A DNA stretch of 64,000 nt, from contig NC_069006.1 in the NCBI RefSeq assembly GCF_001194135.2, positions 19,316,539 through 19,380,538 of the forward strand. Reading direction: 5' to 3'. The stretch comes from Octopus bimaculoides. Lineage: Eukaryota. The notes under the pieces were generated by a model that ran no database searches, had not been told where the DNA came from, and saw only the letters and a list, made by a program, of their open reading frames with translations. Shown here one piece after another: positions 10,962-24,703 of the stretch. Every line of letters begins with the position of its first letter. Position 1 is the first letter of the stretch. Both the position numbers and the translations under genes were made by a program.

Positions 10962-11945
10962 CTGTCAGAAAAGATCAAACATAAGACATATCAATATGCA
11001 TAGCGATATCAATACACACACATACACACACACACAGACACACAGGAAAAAGATTATATACCTGTGAGCCATAATAGATTCTGTATAGGTTAGCTACTAA
11101 GAATATACAATTGACAAGAGTCATAAGTCATAAAATAATGCTTAGAGAAAGATCATTTGTCTGCATATATACATATATATATATATATATATATGGGAGA
11201 ATATACGAAAAAAACAACAGACGAGGACAGGTGGTGTAAATAACAAAAGGATGTATTAGTATGACGCTCGGGAATACGGAAAGTCTTTGACGTTTCGAGC
11301 TACGCTCTTCAACTGAAAGAATACGGAGACAAGGAGAAAAACACGGAGAAAAAAAATTGAATAGTGTTCAGTCAACGGTCAATCATAGTAATGGCTAATA
11401 TATATATATATATGGCAATAAGAAAATGGAGGGGATCAAGAGGTGGTATTCATCAACTTTTAGACATTATATTATGTCTATTTATTTAAAAAAAAAAAAA
11501 CAATATACATATATGTATGACATATTATGCTTTACATATATAAAAATACCAGTAATTATTAAAATATATAATGTAGAACATAGAAAGTAGACTAGAAACT
11601 ATACTAGTAATTTCTTGCATTACGCAATCATCAGGCAGTCAACCAACTAACCAAACAGAATCCTAGCTTCTTTCCTACTCACTAAAACCTAAGTCCTTAC
11701 TAAATTTATTTTGAGACCTCTCCATTCTTGGCTTTGCTTCCATGTCTGGAGTTTCTTCTCTTATTTTACAATAGATTCAGCCATAAAAGCTAAACTATGA
11801 ACATATAGATAATCTTAAACTCCTTTGAGATGGTCAGTAAGACCTTGATGAATAGGAAAGGTCTGGACACTGAGCCTTGGTAGACCCCTACCTTCCTAAT
11901 GAACACATTGCCATCTCTCACTTAACTGACATCTTTGTACATGCT

Positions 11946-11976
<31 letters not shown>

Positions 11977-12648
11977 ACACACACACACACGACACCTACA
12001 TGAATGTGAAAATTTTTATTTTAGTTTTCAGAGAAGAATGAGAGAGGGGGAGGGAGAGAGAAAAAGAAAGAAAGAAAGAAAATTGGAAAACAGAATTGTG
12101 TGTGTGTGTGTGTGTGTGAGGTAATCTTTTGAAGGCATGGTCATAGAGTTCAATATAGACACTTCAAAAAATGTATGAAGCTTAAAATTATTCATTACAC
12201 TATGTAAATATCTATATATAAAACCAAAAACTCTCTGCATTTTTTCAATATATTAGCATTTTCAATACATTTAAGTAAGATATGTCTATCTAATCTCTCA
12301 ATCAAACTATCTGTTTGCCTATCTCTCTATCTGCCTGCCCGTCTGTCTGTCTCTGTCATCCTGTCTATCTCTCAATCCATCTGTCTGGTTATCTATCAGT
12401 CTGTCTATCTGTCGCTTGTCTCTCTTTCTCTTTATCTATCTATCTTTCTGTCTCTTTGTCTATCTGTTAGTCTGTATGCATGTCTGCCTGTATTTTTGTC
12501 TATCTTTCAGTCTGTCTTTCTGTCTATTTAGCTTTCTCTCTATCTGTCTGTCTGTCTATCTAGCTTTCTCTCTATCTGTCTGTCTGTCTATCTAGCTTTC
12601 TCTCTGTCTGTCTCTCTGTCTATCTATCTGTGTGTGTGTGTGCATGTT

Positions 12649-12700
<52 letters not shown>

Positions 12701-12833
12701 CAGATGTTACAAGCACATGTTAAAGAAACCGCAACAGTTCCACAGAGTCCTGAATAAATAAAACACTCTCATGTAATACTTCTTAAACAGATGTACAACA
12801 ATCATTGAAAATGTTTGAAAAGGCCATAAGTAC

Positions 12834-12941
12834 CTTGTATGTTGCAAAGGGTCTAGATTGTACGTTGAGGTCCCGGTGGTGACAAAACTCCAGGGCGTTG
12901 GCATCATATTCCCAGCCAGGGTTGTAGATGCTACCTCGTAT
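12834..12941 (-). CDS. Hillarin-like exon (IRGSIYNPGWEYDANALEFCHHRDLNVQSRPFATYK)
   Basis: 108 nt, phase 0-0. Acceptor ttctatcatttcag|A, donor AAG|gtactt. Begins IRG and contains a YDAxAL motif like the post-LIM region of hillarin (IRG...FDASALHIAH). Confidence 0.85.
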
Positions 12942-13573
12942 CTGAAATGATAGAATAAGTTGAAGGTTTAGTATTTTTGTTTGTCTGGAGAGGTTTACAA
13001 ATGTATAACTGTATTGTTATGGTAGGGGAACCACTGACCAAAGTCAGTTGATACACACAAAACACACACACACACACACACACTTATAGACATATACACT
13101 TGTATATAAAGCTGCTCTTCAGTCTGAAGCTCAGATGAGAAGCTATAGGGCAGTGGTTTTCCACCAGGGTCCACATAGACACTGACGGTCTGTATAAGAT
13201 TTTGGGGGTCTACACAGCAAAATAGTAAATTGGGGAACCGCAATAATATTTTAAGGGTCTCTGGAAAAATTTTGCTTAAGATATATGTATTCGTTAGAGA
13301 AATAGCTATGCTTCTTTCTCTAACATTTTATATAATTCATCCTTCACAAGATGATGGGTGAAAAATAAAATAGTAGTTTTGAAAGAGGTTTCCACAAGAA
13401 TAAATTCTGTAAATAAACATTTTTCAAAAGAAGAAAAACAATATATCTATCTATATATATAAACACATATACATATCAACACATATATACGGACACATAC
13501 ATGCACACACACACACACACACTCACATACCATTTATACATAGACACACATGCACACACATATATATACAGAA

Positions 13574-13619
<46 letters not shown>

Positions 13620-13931
13620 TTACACATATATTCATGCACATGCATACATAAACACACACACACATGAGGGACTATCCCATCGAGAACAATGCATAACTGC
13701 TCTGTAAAATATAAAAGCAAAATAATGATAAAAAAAAATTAGTGTTGCCACGGCACAACTTATGCAAATGACATTTTAGACAAAGTAAGCTTGTGTGCCC
13801 CATCCCCTCCGAGTCTCTCCCTTTCTAAGAGCTGAATTGGTACACAGTGTTTCCTATGCCAGACACAACAGAACACATGCTAGGACAGTAGGGATGCAAA
13901 ACTGAAACAAAAAGATGGTGTTCTATCTTAC

Positions 13932-13973
13932 CATCACAGTCTGTGTCACAGGTGCAGTCACCCTTGACGAAGT
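13932..13973 (-). CDS. Candidate 42-nt coding exon (TSSRVTAPVTQTVM)
   Basis: Acceptor ttaccattattagacag|A, donor ATG|gtaaga. Phase 0-0 and in frame with exon 12834-12941. No homology evidence. Confidence 0.55.
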
Positions 13974-14034
13974 CTGTCTAATAATGGTAAACATATGCCT
14001 CAGTAAATGACAGACACGAACTGGAACACACACA

Positions 14035-14070
<36 letters not shown>

Positions 14071-14543
14071 ATATACACTGATAACATCCGTCAAACTACA
14101 CATGATGTTTTATCTGATGCTTCACCGATTCTGGCGATGATCAGGAAAATAACAAAAATAGTGATAATAATAATGATTTCAAATTTTGGCACAAGGCCAG
14201 CAATTTCAGGGGAGGGGGTAAGTCATGGACTGGTTCTTTATTTTATTGACCCAAAAGGATGAAAGGCAAAGTCGACCACAGTGGAATTTGAACCCAGAAC
14301 ATGAAGATGGATGAAATGCCATTTAGCATTTCGCCCAGCATGCTAATGATTTAGCCAGCTCACCACATTTCTACTATAGACGCAAGGCCTGAAATTGAGA
14401 GGAGGGGGCTAGTTGATTACATCAATCCCCAGTGCATAACTGGTACTTCTTGAAAAGATAAAAAGCGAAGTTGACCTCGGCGGAATTTGAACGCATGTAA
14501 ACATGTAAAGCATTTTGCTTGGTGAGCCAATGATTTGCCTCAT

Positions 14544-14575
<32 letters not shown>

Positions 14576-14578
<3 letters not shown>

Positions 14579-14945
14579 GAGCACTTAGAGAGTGCAAACC
14601 TCCACCAAGGCAACACTAACGTCCTCTCAACGATTAGCCAGAGATGATTTTTAAAATGAGAATATCTGAAATAAACTCAACTGCTCTCACAAACAAGAAT
14701 ACTAAAAATAAATCCAACCACTCACAAAAATTAAGTAAAGAAACCGGAAAAATAATCCAGAATCCTTGTCTGGTACTGGATCAATCCCAAAATCTAATCA
14801 GTTCACGCCAGTCATGAGGCCAAACATCCCTGAAAGTTTTATCTGAATCCATCCAGCGGTTCTTGAAATATCTTGTCCACAAACTAACAAACAAACAACC
14901 GTGACTGAAAATAATACCTCTGCCTTTGCTAAGGCAGAGGTAATT
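14576..14945. mobile_element. Non-autonomous Helentron/Helitron-type element (HINE-like)
   Basis: Perfect 11-bp hairpin acctctgcctt-tgct-aaggcagaggt (14916-14941), related subterminal acctccaccaaggc (14598-14611), small hairpin gcact-tagag-agtgc, and internal (acaa)n. This is the architecture of Helentron-associated elements. Confidence 0.7.
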
Positions 14946-15064
14946 ATAATGGTTTCAAATTTTGGCACAAGGCCAGCAATTTCAATTTCAGCAAGTAATT
15001 TCAACAAGTAAATGATAAAAAATATTATGAAAGATGAAGAAAAAAAGGAAAAAGTTGAAGTCAC

Positions 15065-15233
15065 CTTTTTACAACATTTGAAGATAAACATTTCCATATT
15101 TGTGCCATATCGGAAGAGAGGGGACAGGACTGTGTCTTTGTAACCGGGATGGTGAAATCGGTGATGGCGTGTGGGGATCCAACCCCCACATTCACACAGC
15201 CACTGAATGGTCGCAGTACACGTGAAGTGGGCC
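15065..15233 (-). CDS. Candidate upstream exon ending MEMFIFKCCKK (possible start ATG at 15097)
   Basis: GC-richer unique island. Donor AAG|gtgact is phase 0. In-frame ATG in context aatATGG at 15097-15095. A possible acceptor ctcatttttaag|G at 15234 is phase 2. The 5' boundary is uncertain. Confidence 0.35.
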
Positions 15234-15790
15234 CTTAAAAATGAGCCCTTAGAGACAAGCAAAGGTCCACTAAACTGGAATGTTGTGCCGATAATAATAT
15301 TACAACTAGGTCTCTCTCCTTGCACATACATACATGCAAAGATACATATATATATGTATGTGTGTGTGTGTTTGTGTGATTGTCTCTATCTATCTATCAC
15401 TATGTGTGTGTGTGGGGGGTATGTATGTGTACGTGTGTATATATGTGTGTGTATGTGTATATATGTGCGTGTATGTGTGTATATATATATATTAATGTTT
15501 GTTTTTATGTTGAGTTATACTAAAAAAACAATTTTATATTAAACCGACGGATTACTCAGCACTTTTTCAGAGTGCAAATTTATTGTGCTTTTAAAAGAAG
15601 AGTAATAACAGTAACTTGGAAGTTTTGGCCTGGTAGCCATATATACATATATATTGTCTCTTCATAAGCAACAGTTTTGTGAATATATTTGATCATGAAA
15701 TTCAGTGTTAGAGAGTTGTTTAATTACTGATTTCCATGAAACTGAATCAAAATAAAGAGTAGTTACAGAACTAGCATATATATATATATA

Positions 15791-15831
<41 letters not shown>

Positions 15832-16106
15832 NNNNNNNNNNNNNNNNNNNNNNNNNNNNNNNNNNNNNNNNNNNNNNNNNNNNNNNNNNNNNNNNNNNNN
15901 NNNNNNNNNNNNNNNNNNNNNNNNNNNNNNNNNNNNNNNNNNNNNNNNNNNNNNNNNNNNNNNNNNNNNNNNNNNNNNNNNNNNNNNNNNNNNNNNNNNN
16001 NNNNNNNNNNNNNNNNNNNNNNNNNNNNNNNNNNNNNNNNNNNNNNNNNNNNNNNNNNNNNNNNNNNNNNNNNNNNNNNNNNNNNNNNNNNNNNNNNNNN
16101 NNNNNN

Positions 16107-16149
<43 letters not shown>

Positions 16150-16913
16150 CGTAGTTATTTAGTGTGTCTCCCTCTGTGTGTTTGTATGTGTGTGTGTAGT
16201 CTTCAGCTTTTTCTATCCTAAAGGGTTTTTCAACCCAATATTTACATGCTAGTGTTTATAGCTTTATTATCTGCTCTTAGATCTATTGTTCCAAAAACGT
16301 TTTTTCATCACATTGTCTCAAAAGTTTATAGATTCTTATAACTTTTCTCCTTCTCTCTCCTTTCACCCTCCCTCCTTATCCCTCTGTGTGTGTGTGTGTG
16401 TGTGTCTGTCTGCAGTAGAAATAGAAATTAAAAAATCCTTGATACTGTTGTGTATATTTAAAAAACTTTACAAACATCTAACAATTTGTAAGCATCTAAT
16501 CATTAAAGTGATTAAAGTGGTGAATAATTACCAGAAAAATCATTCTTATTTATAACTTTTTTCATATACACATATACAAACGCAGAAACATGTGCTCACA
16601 CACGCACACAGTGCTGTTTAAAACTTTCTTACATCAAATCTAAGTGCTATAGCTCTAATGTAAATATCTACATCATGTTATAAAATAAGAAAATCGTGTA
16701 CCCAACACTAACACAGACTACAATACAGTTTAGAGAATATATATAACTGATTGTTTAATAAAGTAATTAAGGTAAAAGTATGTGTGATGTAACAAACAGT
16801 ACAATATTGTATATGTAATCCAACAGGTATGAGTATATGTAATCCAAGATGCATATAAATGTAATCCAGCAGATATGTTTACTTAATCCAACAGGTGTAT
16901 GTACATAATAAAA

Positions 16914-17023
<110 letters not shown>

Positions 17024-17216
17024 GTGTTTAGAATGAAAAGCAGAAAAGTAGAAATTTCACAATTATTTCATTATTTAGGTACCATGGATATATATTTTGA
17101 TGTTTATATACCAATTCTCTATCTCCACCTCTGGGTCTCTTTCTCTCTCTCCTTGTGTGTGTGTGTATGTATATTGTATGTGTATATATATATATATATA
17201 TATGTTTGTATATATG

Positions 17217-17254
<38 letters not shown>

Positions 17255-17733
17255 CACACACACATATATATGTATTATATATAATCCAATATGTAATCCA
17301 ATAGGTGTAAGCCCACACTTCCGGATGTTGTAGATGATGAGTCACGGATTTACCTGTAGAAGGTGTTACATCATTTTGTAATCATTCGATTTTTAAGATG
17401 TATCATATGAACAATGACACCACGAGTTCAAATAACACCTAGGTGAACTCCGCTTATTATCCTTCCTGTGTAAAATTAATTACCGCTCATATCCTGGGGT
17501 CAATTAATTCAGCTCAACCTTTCTCCCACGTGACATCTTTGTTAGAAATTATTATTATTGTGGAGTTCTAACTGTTATTTTTATTAGTGATGTACTTTTG
17601 TGGTTGTAGTTTTATTGGTGTTGGTAATGTGGTGATGGTGGTGGTGGTGGTGGTGCTAATGGCTGCATTTGCACGCTGCTTGTAAATTATACAGAACTAG
17701 TTGATGTACACTTGATTAAATATTAAAGGACCT

Positions 17734-17767
<34 letters not shown>

Positions 17768-17961
17768 CTTCGAAACGTCTAGTTAGAATAGAGGCAGCTG
17801 ACGAAGGATTAATTCCATGTGGCTATCTGTTTTCCTATGTGTTCGTTCCATGGTTTGTAGTTCATTGTTCTAACGTCCTGTACCCTGATATGCATCTATA
17901 TACACATGTAGATGTAAGTATGTACATATATATGTGTGTATACATGCATATATATTCTTTG

Positions 17962-18000
<39 letters not shown>

Positions 18001-18004
<4 letters not shown>

Positions 18005-18219
18005 GGGTTGCTGAAAAGTTCCTGGCTTTAAGAGGGTATTGCGAAAGGCCCGGTCGGAGCCCCAATCTTCCAAGTTCTTTTACAGGGCTTAGAAAAACTG
18101 AAGGACTGCTGCAATAAATGTGTGAATCCGAGAGGGGAATATGTTGAATAAAATCATAGTTAACTGATCCTCCTGTATTTTCTTTTACCCAAAGCCAGGA
18201 ACTTTACAGCACCCCCTCA
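18001..18219 (+). mobile_element. Mariner-derived MITE in a TA tract
   Basis: 29-bp TIRs with 26/29 identity (tgaagggttgctgaaaagttcctggcttt). Internally reads QGLEKLKDCCNKCVNPRGEYVE*, a mariner transposase C-terminus. Confidence 0.8.
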
Positions 18220-19256
18220 GATATACACTCACACATGAGTTTGTGTGTGTCTTTATGTATGTATGTATGTATAGAGAGTATTAATAAGTGTCTGTAGATC
18301 ATATATATGTAGTATGTTTATACTGTGTCTGTATTTATATACAGATTGTGGAATGTATTGCTCAGCATATATGATATATATAAATGTGACATGTCTATTT
18401 GGAGAGCGTTTATTTTGTATTATACACTCATACATGACATAGTATGCATGGCGTCTCTATATAGTTTGTGTTACTGTGTATAGTAGGGGCAACAGTGTTA
18501 TGATAATCCCTTCAGAGTAGATTAGAGACAGAGAGATGGGGAGTGGAGGAGAACAGAGAGACAGACAGGGAGGGAGAGAGAAAGAGGGAGATAGAGAGGA
18601 AATAGGGAAAGGCTCAGAGAGAGAGAGAGTGTGTGTGACAAAGGGAATAGGAACAGAGAAAGAGAAGGGATTAAGAAAAAAGGTGACAATATGAAGCTAA
18701 CAAGGATTTAAGAGCAAAAAAAAAAAACAATATGTACATAAAATAAAAATTTTAAAAATTTGTGAATATGTAAGGATTAGATAAGAAGATGAGGGTTTGG
18801 TGGAGCCAAGCTTAGGATAAGAAAGGAAGAAGAATCTGGCTGTAAACAAAGCAACTTATTCCAGGGTTTGCTTCACTGTCACAGATTGCCTCAGAAAATG
18901 GTAAAGTTTTCATGTTTATCCTTAACGAAAATAATCTTTAAATTTTGTGTTGATAAATTGTTTCTAAGTCTTCGCAATGGAAAAAAATTTTACAAAATGG
19001 AAAATTTATGTTGTCTTTTTCATTAATTTAAAATTTACAAAATGCTTTTCTCTTTCTCTGCATGCATGCACGCACACGCACGTCTGTGTGTATAGATAGA
19101 TAGATACACATACATATATACTTGTACATGTATATATACTTATATTTATATACATATATAGACGTGTAGCAAAATATGAACTATGTACAACCTATATTTA
19201 CATATATATGCACATGCACACATACATATATATACACACACACATTTATATGTGTA

Positions 19257-19322
<66 letters not shown>

Positions 19323-19506
19323 TGTACACGTAAATATATATAGATATATATGTATATTTATGTATATACATATATGTACACGTAAATATATATAGATATA
19401 TATGTATATTTATACGCATTTATATATGTACACATATACATACATTTACACATATGTACATAAATATATACCTGCAGATATACATATCTAATATATATTT
19501 ATATAT

Positions 19507-19720
19507 AAGGTGGCGAGCTGGCAGAAACGTTAGCACGCCGGGCGAAATGCTTAGTGGTATTTCGTCTGTCTTTACGTTCTGAGTTCAAATTCCACTGAGG
19601 TCAACTTTGCCTTTTATCCTTTCGGGGTCAATAAATTAAGTACCAGTTGCGTACTGGGGTCAATCTAATCGACTGCCCCCCTCCCCCCAAATTTTGGGCC
19701 TTGTGCCTCGAGTAGAAAAG
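19507..19720 (+). mobile_element. tRNA-derived SINE with Sauria/Meta-like central domain (family B)
   Basis: ggcgagctggcagaaacgttagcacgccgggcg...ttctgagttcaaattcc...ctttgcctttcatcctttcggggtcgataaattaagtaccag. There are over 15 copies, e.g. 14170-14380(-), 28245-28410(+), 28750-28912(-), 30947-31158(+), 37030-37498(-), 40455-40670(-), 43551-43774(+), 61903-62330(+) and 63962-64000(+). Confidence 0.85.
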
Positions 19721-19819
19721 AATATATATTTATAGATATACATCTAGAGAGAGAGAGAGAGAGAGAGAGTTCACTTGCAAACAACATGTAGATGCATGTG
19801 CAACAGTTAATAGCTGTGA

Positions 19820-20620
19820 TTCTAGTAGGTTTATAGGATCATCAGGAAAAGATGTGCACCATTTCAGGGCATCCTATCAACAGCTTTATTGCCTACCAGT
19901 CCCCTTTACTGATGCAAGTTCCCACTTGACCACTTATTCAACTGTTTGCCAGCCTTGAATCCACTGAGAAAAAAAACTACTTACCATCTTCTTTTAACCA
20001 AATCCACTTGTTTGCCTTCTCAACTCTCGCTTAGGTATCTTTCCAGATGGCATTAGTTTTGCAATGAGTCACATCTAATGACACCAACCACCATCTCATA
20101 CTATTTCCTATAAATCCTGTATGGCCAGCTTTGTTTGAATAATGTATCACCTTCCAACTAGCGTCCTCACATTCTTCAAGGAGAAGCACATTCTAGTTCT
20201 CTTTCAAAGTTTGAGCAGTGTTGATGTTATCCCTAAGGGCACCTTTATTTCAATGAGATTTCTTTTCTTCATTTCTACACATCATTTACTACATCTAGTT
20301 TCTTCTGAACCAGTATGGGCAAGAATCTTTCCCATCCTAGGAAATCTGCAACTTCTTCCAAAATATTGTTCCAATTTTCATCTTTGATAAGAACTTCTTT
20401 CCTCTTCACATGGATTTCCAGTCCTAGACAGATGAAAGTGATAAAATCTCTGGGAGATTTTCTCAGTGCATCCTTATCACTGTTAAGTAGTGTGACCTGG
20501 TTCTTTACATTATTAAGAAGAACCTTGGGAACTAAATTACGTCTCCAAGTACATTTGTCTAGCACCAGTAAAGACTTGGGAAAAAAGTTTGTGTTCCTAC
20601 CTACCCACATCTACATGTAA
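19820..20620 (-). mobile_element. Highly decayed LINE ORF2 fragment (probably RTE-like)
   Basis: Protein-like broken frames (e.g. DENWNNILEEVADFLGWERFLPILVQKK) with stops, and no splice-consistent link to the host gene. Confidence 0.4.
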
Positions 20621-21208
20621 TACTCTGATACCTTTCATCATACTAGGTTTGTAGATGACAAGACATAACAGGACAAGCAAACAAAAATCTTAATTATGGT
20701 GACTACCACTTCCATATTTCATCTCAAATATGTTCTCATTTCCAAATACTGCCGAGGTCAACTTTGTCTTTCATCTTTTCGGAGGTGGGGCAGGGGTGTC
20801 GATGACATAAGTACCAGTTGAGTACTGGGGTCAATGTAATCAACCTCCCTCCCTCCCCTCATGTTTGCTAGTCTTGTGTCAAAATTAGAAAGAATTAGGT
20901 GTTCTTCTTGTCTTGTTGAGAACATTGAATCAGATGAAGCTCTCTTCTCTCTTGCTTCCTTTATATTGATATTGTTGTTATTAACAAACTCTTTAAGCAG
21001 GGCCTATATTTCATAATGTGGAGGTGCATGACTCAGTGGTTAGGGCATTCTGCTTCTGTTTTTCCTTTCCAGGCTGTTTTTACATCCTGCAGATAAAACC
21101 TGATTTCTTTGTCTTTTGACTATCTTAGCATCATCACTATCTTTCCCTTCCCTTTCTCAAAAATTTCAACAATTAATGTCAATGGTAATTGCAATTAGCC
21201 TATCTTAC

Positions 21209-21384
21209 AGAAAAGAATTGAGATATTTTTTATGAGAAGCCGACCCAGCTATTTCCGAATGAACATGTTGCACTTCTGCTCCATAATTTGAACTCATGAT
21301 AATGGAACTTCTGTAGAGCATTGCTTGTGAACTCCTAAGAGACAAACTACAGATGAGGACCTTTACTGCACACCAGTTATCAAA
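21209..21384 (-). other. Candidate upstream exon (coding or 5'-UTR) of the minus-strand gene
   Basis: Branch-like cctaac, pyrimidine tract cccttttctgccaaccag|, and donor CT|gtaaga. 176 nt, with only the phase-0 frame open. Confidence 0.35.
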
Positions 21385-21859
21385 CTGGTTGGCAGAAAAG
21401 GGATTTGTGGTTAGGTAAAAAAAGAGACTCAGGATTTAATGGTGAATTGCTGTTACATATTGCAGATGTTTAGAATAAAGAACTCCTTCAGTCATAAATG
21501 ACTATGGGATTACACCCAGAAAGTCACCCTCCAAGGCACATGTCCAGGTAAGGTCCTTTGTGCAAGACCAGCAGTCGCCCATGCATTCCAGTCTCACCTC
21601 TCCATGCCACTGAGTGAACTGGAGCAACATGAAATAAAGTGTCTTGCTCAAGAACACAACATACAGCCCAGTCTGGGAATTGAACTCACTACCTCGGGAT
21701 TGTGAGCCTGATGGTCTAAACACTGAGCCATGTGCCTTCACATCAGACGTTTAATACACAATAGCCAACACTTCAACACATCCTCATTTGTGGTTATTTT
21801 TACGTATAGCTTAACAACAGCTATACTTCATATATTAATAGTGGCCATGAAAAACATGG

Positions 21860-22200
21860 CTATAGGCACCTTCTTTTACACTCGCCTGGTAGTTTTAAAC
21901 CATCAGTAACCATTAATCCATCATCAGCTCGCTTCATAATTTCCACCCCATAGCTCCTATCTGATAATACTCCAGTTTGTCCTTGCCCCAAACTCTTAAC
22001 AGGTTCCTCCTTGACATTGAAATACTCTTTCCTGCTATTATAAATTTTACTTCTTTCTGCACATCATTAACAAATGTCAAACTGAGTGAAGTTTTGGCTT
22101 TGAACTGCAACCTTGAACACATTATCAGCTCGTCTAACCTTGAAAGAACACTTTGCATAATCTGCTGATCTAAAGATAAAAGGGTCAAGTTATCTGTAAA
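21860..22200 (-). mobile_element. Decayed HERO-like LINE reverse-transcriptase fragment
   Basis: SVLSRLDELIMCSRLQFKAKTSLSL...KFIIAG then, after a frameshift, VKEEPVKSLG and LKLPG. This resembles HERO-type RT ...WARMSFKPAKSRSL...EKPVKSLG...GLPGKFK as recalled. Confidence 0.6.
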
Positions 22201-22383
22201 TGCTTTTTTTTGGTGATTGTATCATGGCTATTTTTTCTGAATAGTCTGTCATTTTCAATACCATTTTCATGACCAGAATAAAATATGCAGCAAATATTGA
22301 GAAGCCCATGGCAATGCTGATCTCTAAGTGGTGCTAGTTTGTTGTGATGTTGCCATGTCATCTTGAAATTTCTATTCTATGTA

Positions 22384-22469
<86 letters not shown>

Positions 22470-23309
22470 CTCTCTGTAGATAGGGTAAAATCCAAGCTGT
22501 GTCCTCTTGAAGCACATCTGCTTATTTCAGTATTGCAATCCAGCATGTAGTAGTTGTCATTGTTGTATTGATATGAAGTACATAGAGTTGAAAATTCTAT
22601 AAATATATAAATATATATGATGGGCTTCTTTCAGTTTCCTTCTACCAAATCCACTCACAGGGCTTTGGTCAGCCTGAAGCTATAACAGAAGACACTTCTC
22701 CAAGGTGCCATGCAGGGAGACTGGACCTGGAACCAAGTGGTTGGGAAGCAAACTTCTTACCACACAGCCATGCCTGCACCTATCTATCTTTCTTTCTTTC
22801 AGTTTCTCTCTACTCTACCATATTCACTCACAAGGATTTGGTTGACCTGGGGCTACAGTAGAAGACACTTGCCTAAGGTGACACATAGTAGGATTGAACT
22901 CAAGATCACACAGTTGAGCAACCAATTTCTTAATCATAGTCACACCCGGACATTTATGATATAACAACTGGAGCAGCTGTCCGGTATGACATGTCTTTGT
23001 TTAAATATGATGTAATGACAAATGTTCAAGGAGAGAGAGAGAAAGGGATAGAGAGAGAAAGCTGTGAGGAGAGAGACTCAGAAACAGAGCTGTCATCTTT
23101 AGCAATAGCAACAACAACAATCATATATTTATGGTGTTAATATAAGGTTTTAGTAGCTCTGTGAAAATGTCCTCAGGGTCTTCGTGTTTGCGTTTCTCCT
23201 GCCCTCACCTCATTCTAACACTTATCTGTGTCTCTGAGAATTAATCTTCTTAGTATCATGAGGATGAACATACATTCATGCATACATACATACATACATA
23301 CATACATAC

Positions 23310-23341
<32 letters not shown>

Positions 23342-24703
23342 TATATGTACATGCATATACTATAAATTTACTTTTATACATGAATATATGCAAACATAAA
23401 ACAATCATACACCTGCACCAAGATACATGCATATATACATATACACACATAAAAATTCTCACATGTACTTACATATATGCATATATGTATAAATATATAC
23501 ATATATGTGTATGCACATAGGTAAGCATATACACTCAGACACACACAAGTATATACATATTAATTGCACAGATGTACAAACAATGGTTTCAAACTTCTCA
23601 ATAATATTAAAGTAAATAAATCTAAACAAATTTAGCTTTATTGATTATTATATTTATTTATGTGTGTGTGTGTGTGTGTGTAATATTTGCTAGATAGATT
23701 TGTATGCTCACACACACACATACATGCATGCATGTGTGTGTGTGTGTGTGTGTGTGTGGAAGTTGGATAGTTAGTTAACTTAATTTCATTGGCTGTTTGG
23801 TTTACTCATCTCTGTGCTATCATTTCTTTTTCTCGAGTGTGTATCTCTGTGTGCATTTGTGTGTGTGTGTGTTTGTATATGTGTGTATGTGTAAGTATGT
23901 GACTGTATTTGTGAGTGTAACTGAATTTATGAGAGTATATCTCAGTGTATATGTGTTTGAGTAATTTGTTGTTTAATGAGTCATAGACATAAACGTGCTA
24001 TACACATACTGAAATAAAAACACAAATACACCCACAAATCCATAGACAGATACACACACACACACTTGTAATTTTGTTTATGTCAACATAAAAAACATTC
24101 AAGAAAACATTATCTATTGTTGAAGTCAACAGAACATGTCATTAGATATGTAATTGTTGGTGATTCAGTTGTGTTTGTTAGACTACGTAGAGTGTCTCAA
24201 GTGCTTTTGTTCAGACTAGCATCAGCTGGAGTATCTGCTCAACTGAAAAAAAAGGTGTTGATGAGGTATGTAAATGTTTGGTAGAGATGTATTACTGTTG
24301 TTTAGCACCAAGTCAGTCCTGATTAAGCTGACTTAAGACCAATGACTGTTAAGCCAAAAGCTTCCTCTCAATTTCCCAAATAGTCCAAATGTATCTAAGG
24401 CTACACTATCCAATTTGTTATGTTTTTATTATTATTTTTGTTTTCTTAAGATGGCAGGAAATAAACTAAATGAGACTTGGTTGTTGTTTGCTGTAGACCT
24501 AGTGATCAATGTCCACCCTCTCTCATATTTATCATTGGTCACCCCACCCCCACCCTTACTCCCCATTCACTATATTTACCCCTATCCCTGTTTCTAAGCA
24601 TCTCTCATTTTCCTCCCACGCTCTTGCAGAATATGTGATGTTTTGGCAACTCTATTTGGTGTCACTGCTTCAATGCTGGTTTTTTTGACAGCAGACATTT
24701 TAA

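Noticed and set aside
14074-14130. Acceptor ttttcctgatcatcgccag| at 14131 as a coding exon
   Set aside because: All three frames hit stops and the donor is weak. At most it is a UTR exon.
15065-15330. Degenerate LIM domain in the 15.1-15.3-kb island
   Set aside because: Cys/His spacing in all three frames does not fit C-x2-C-x16-23-H-x2-C-x2-C.
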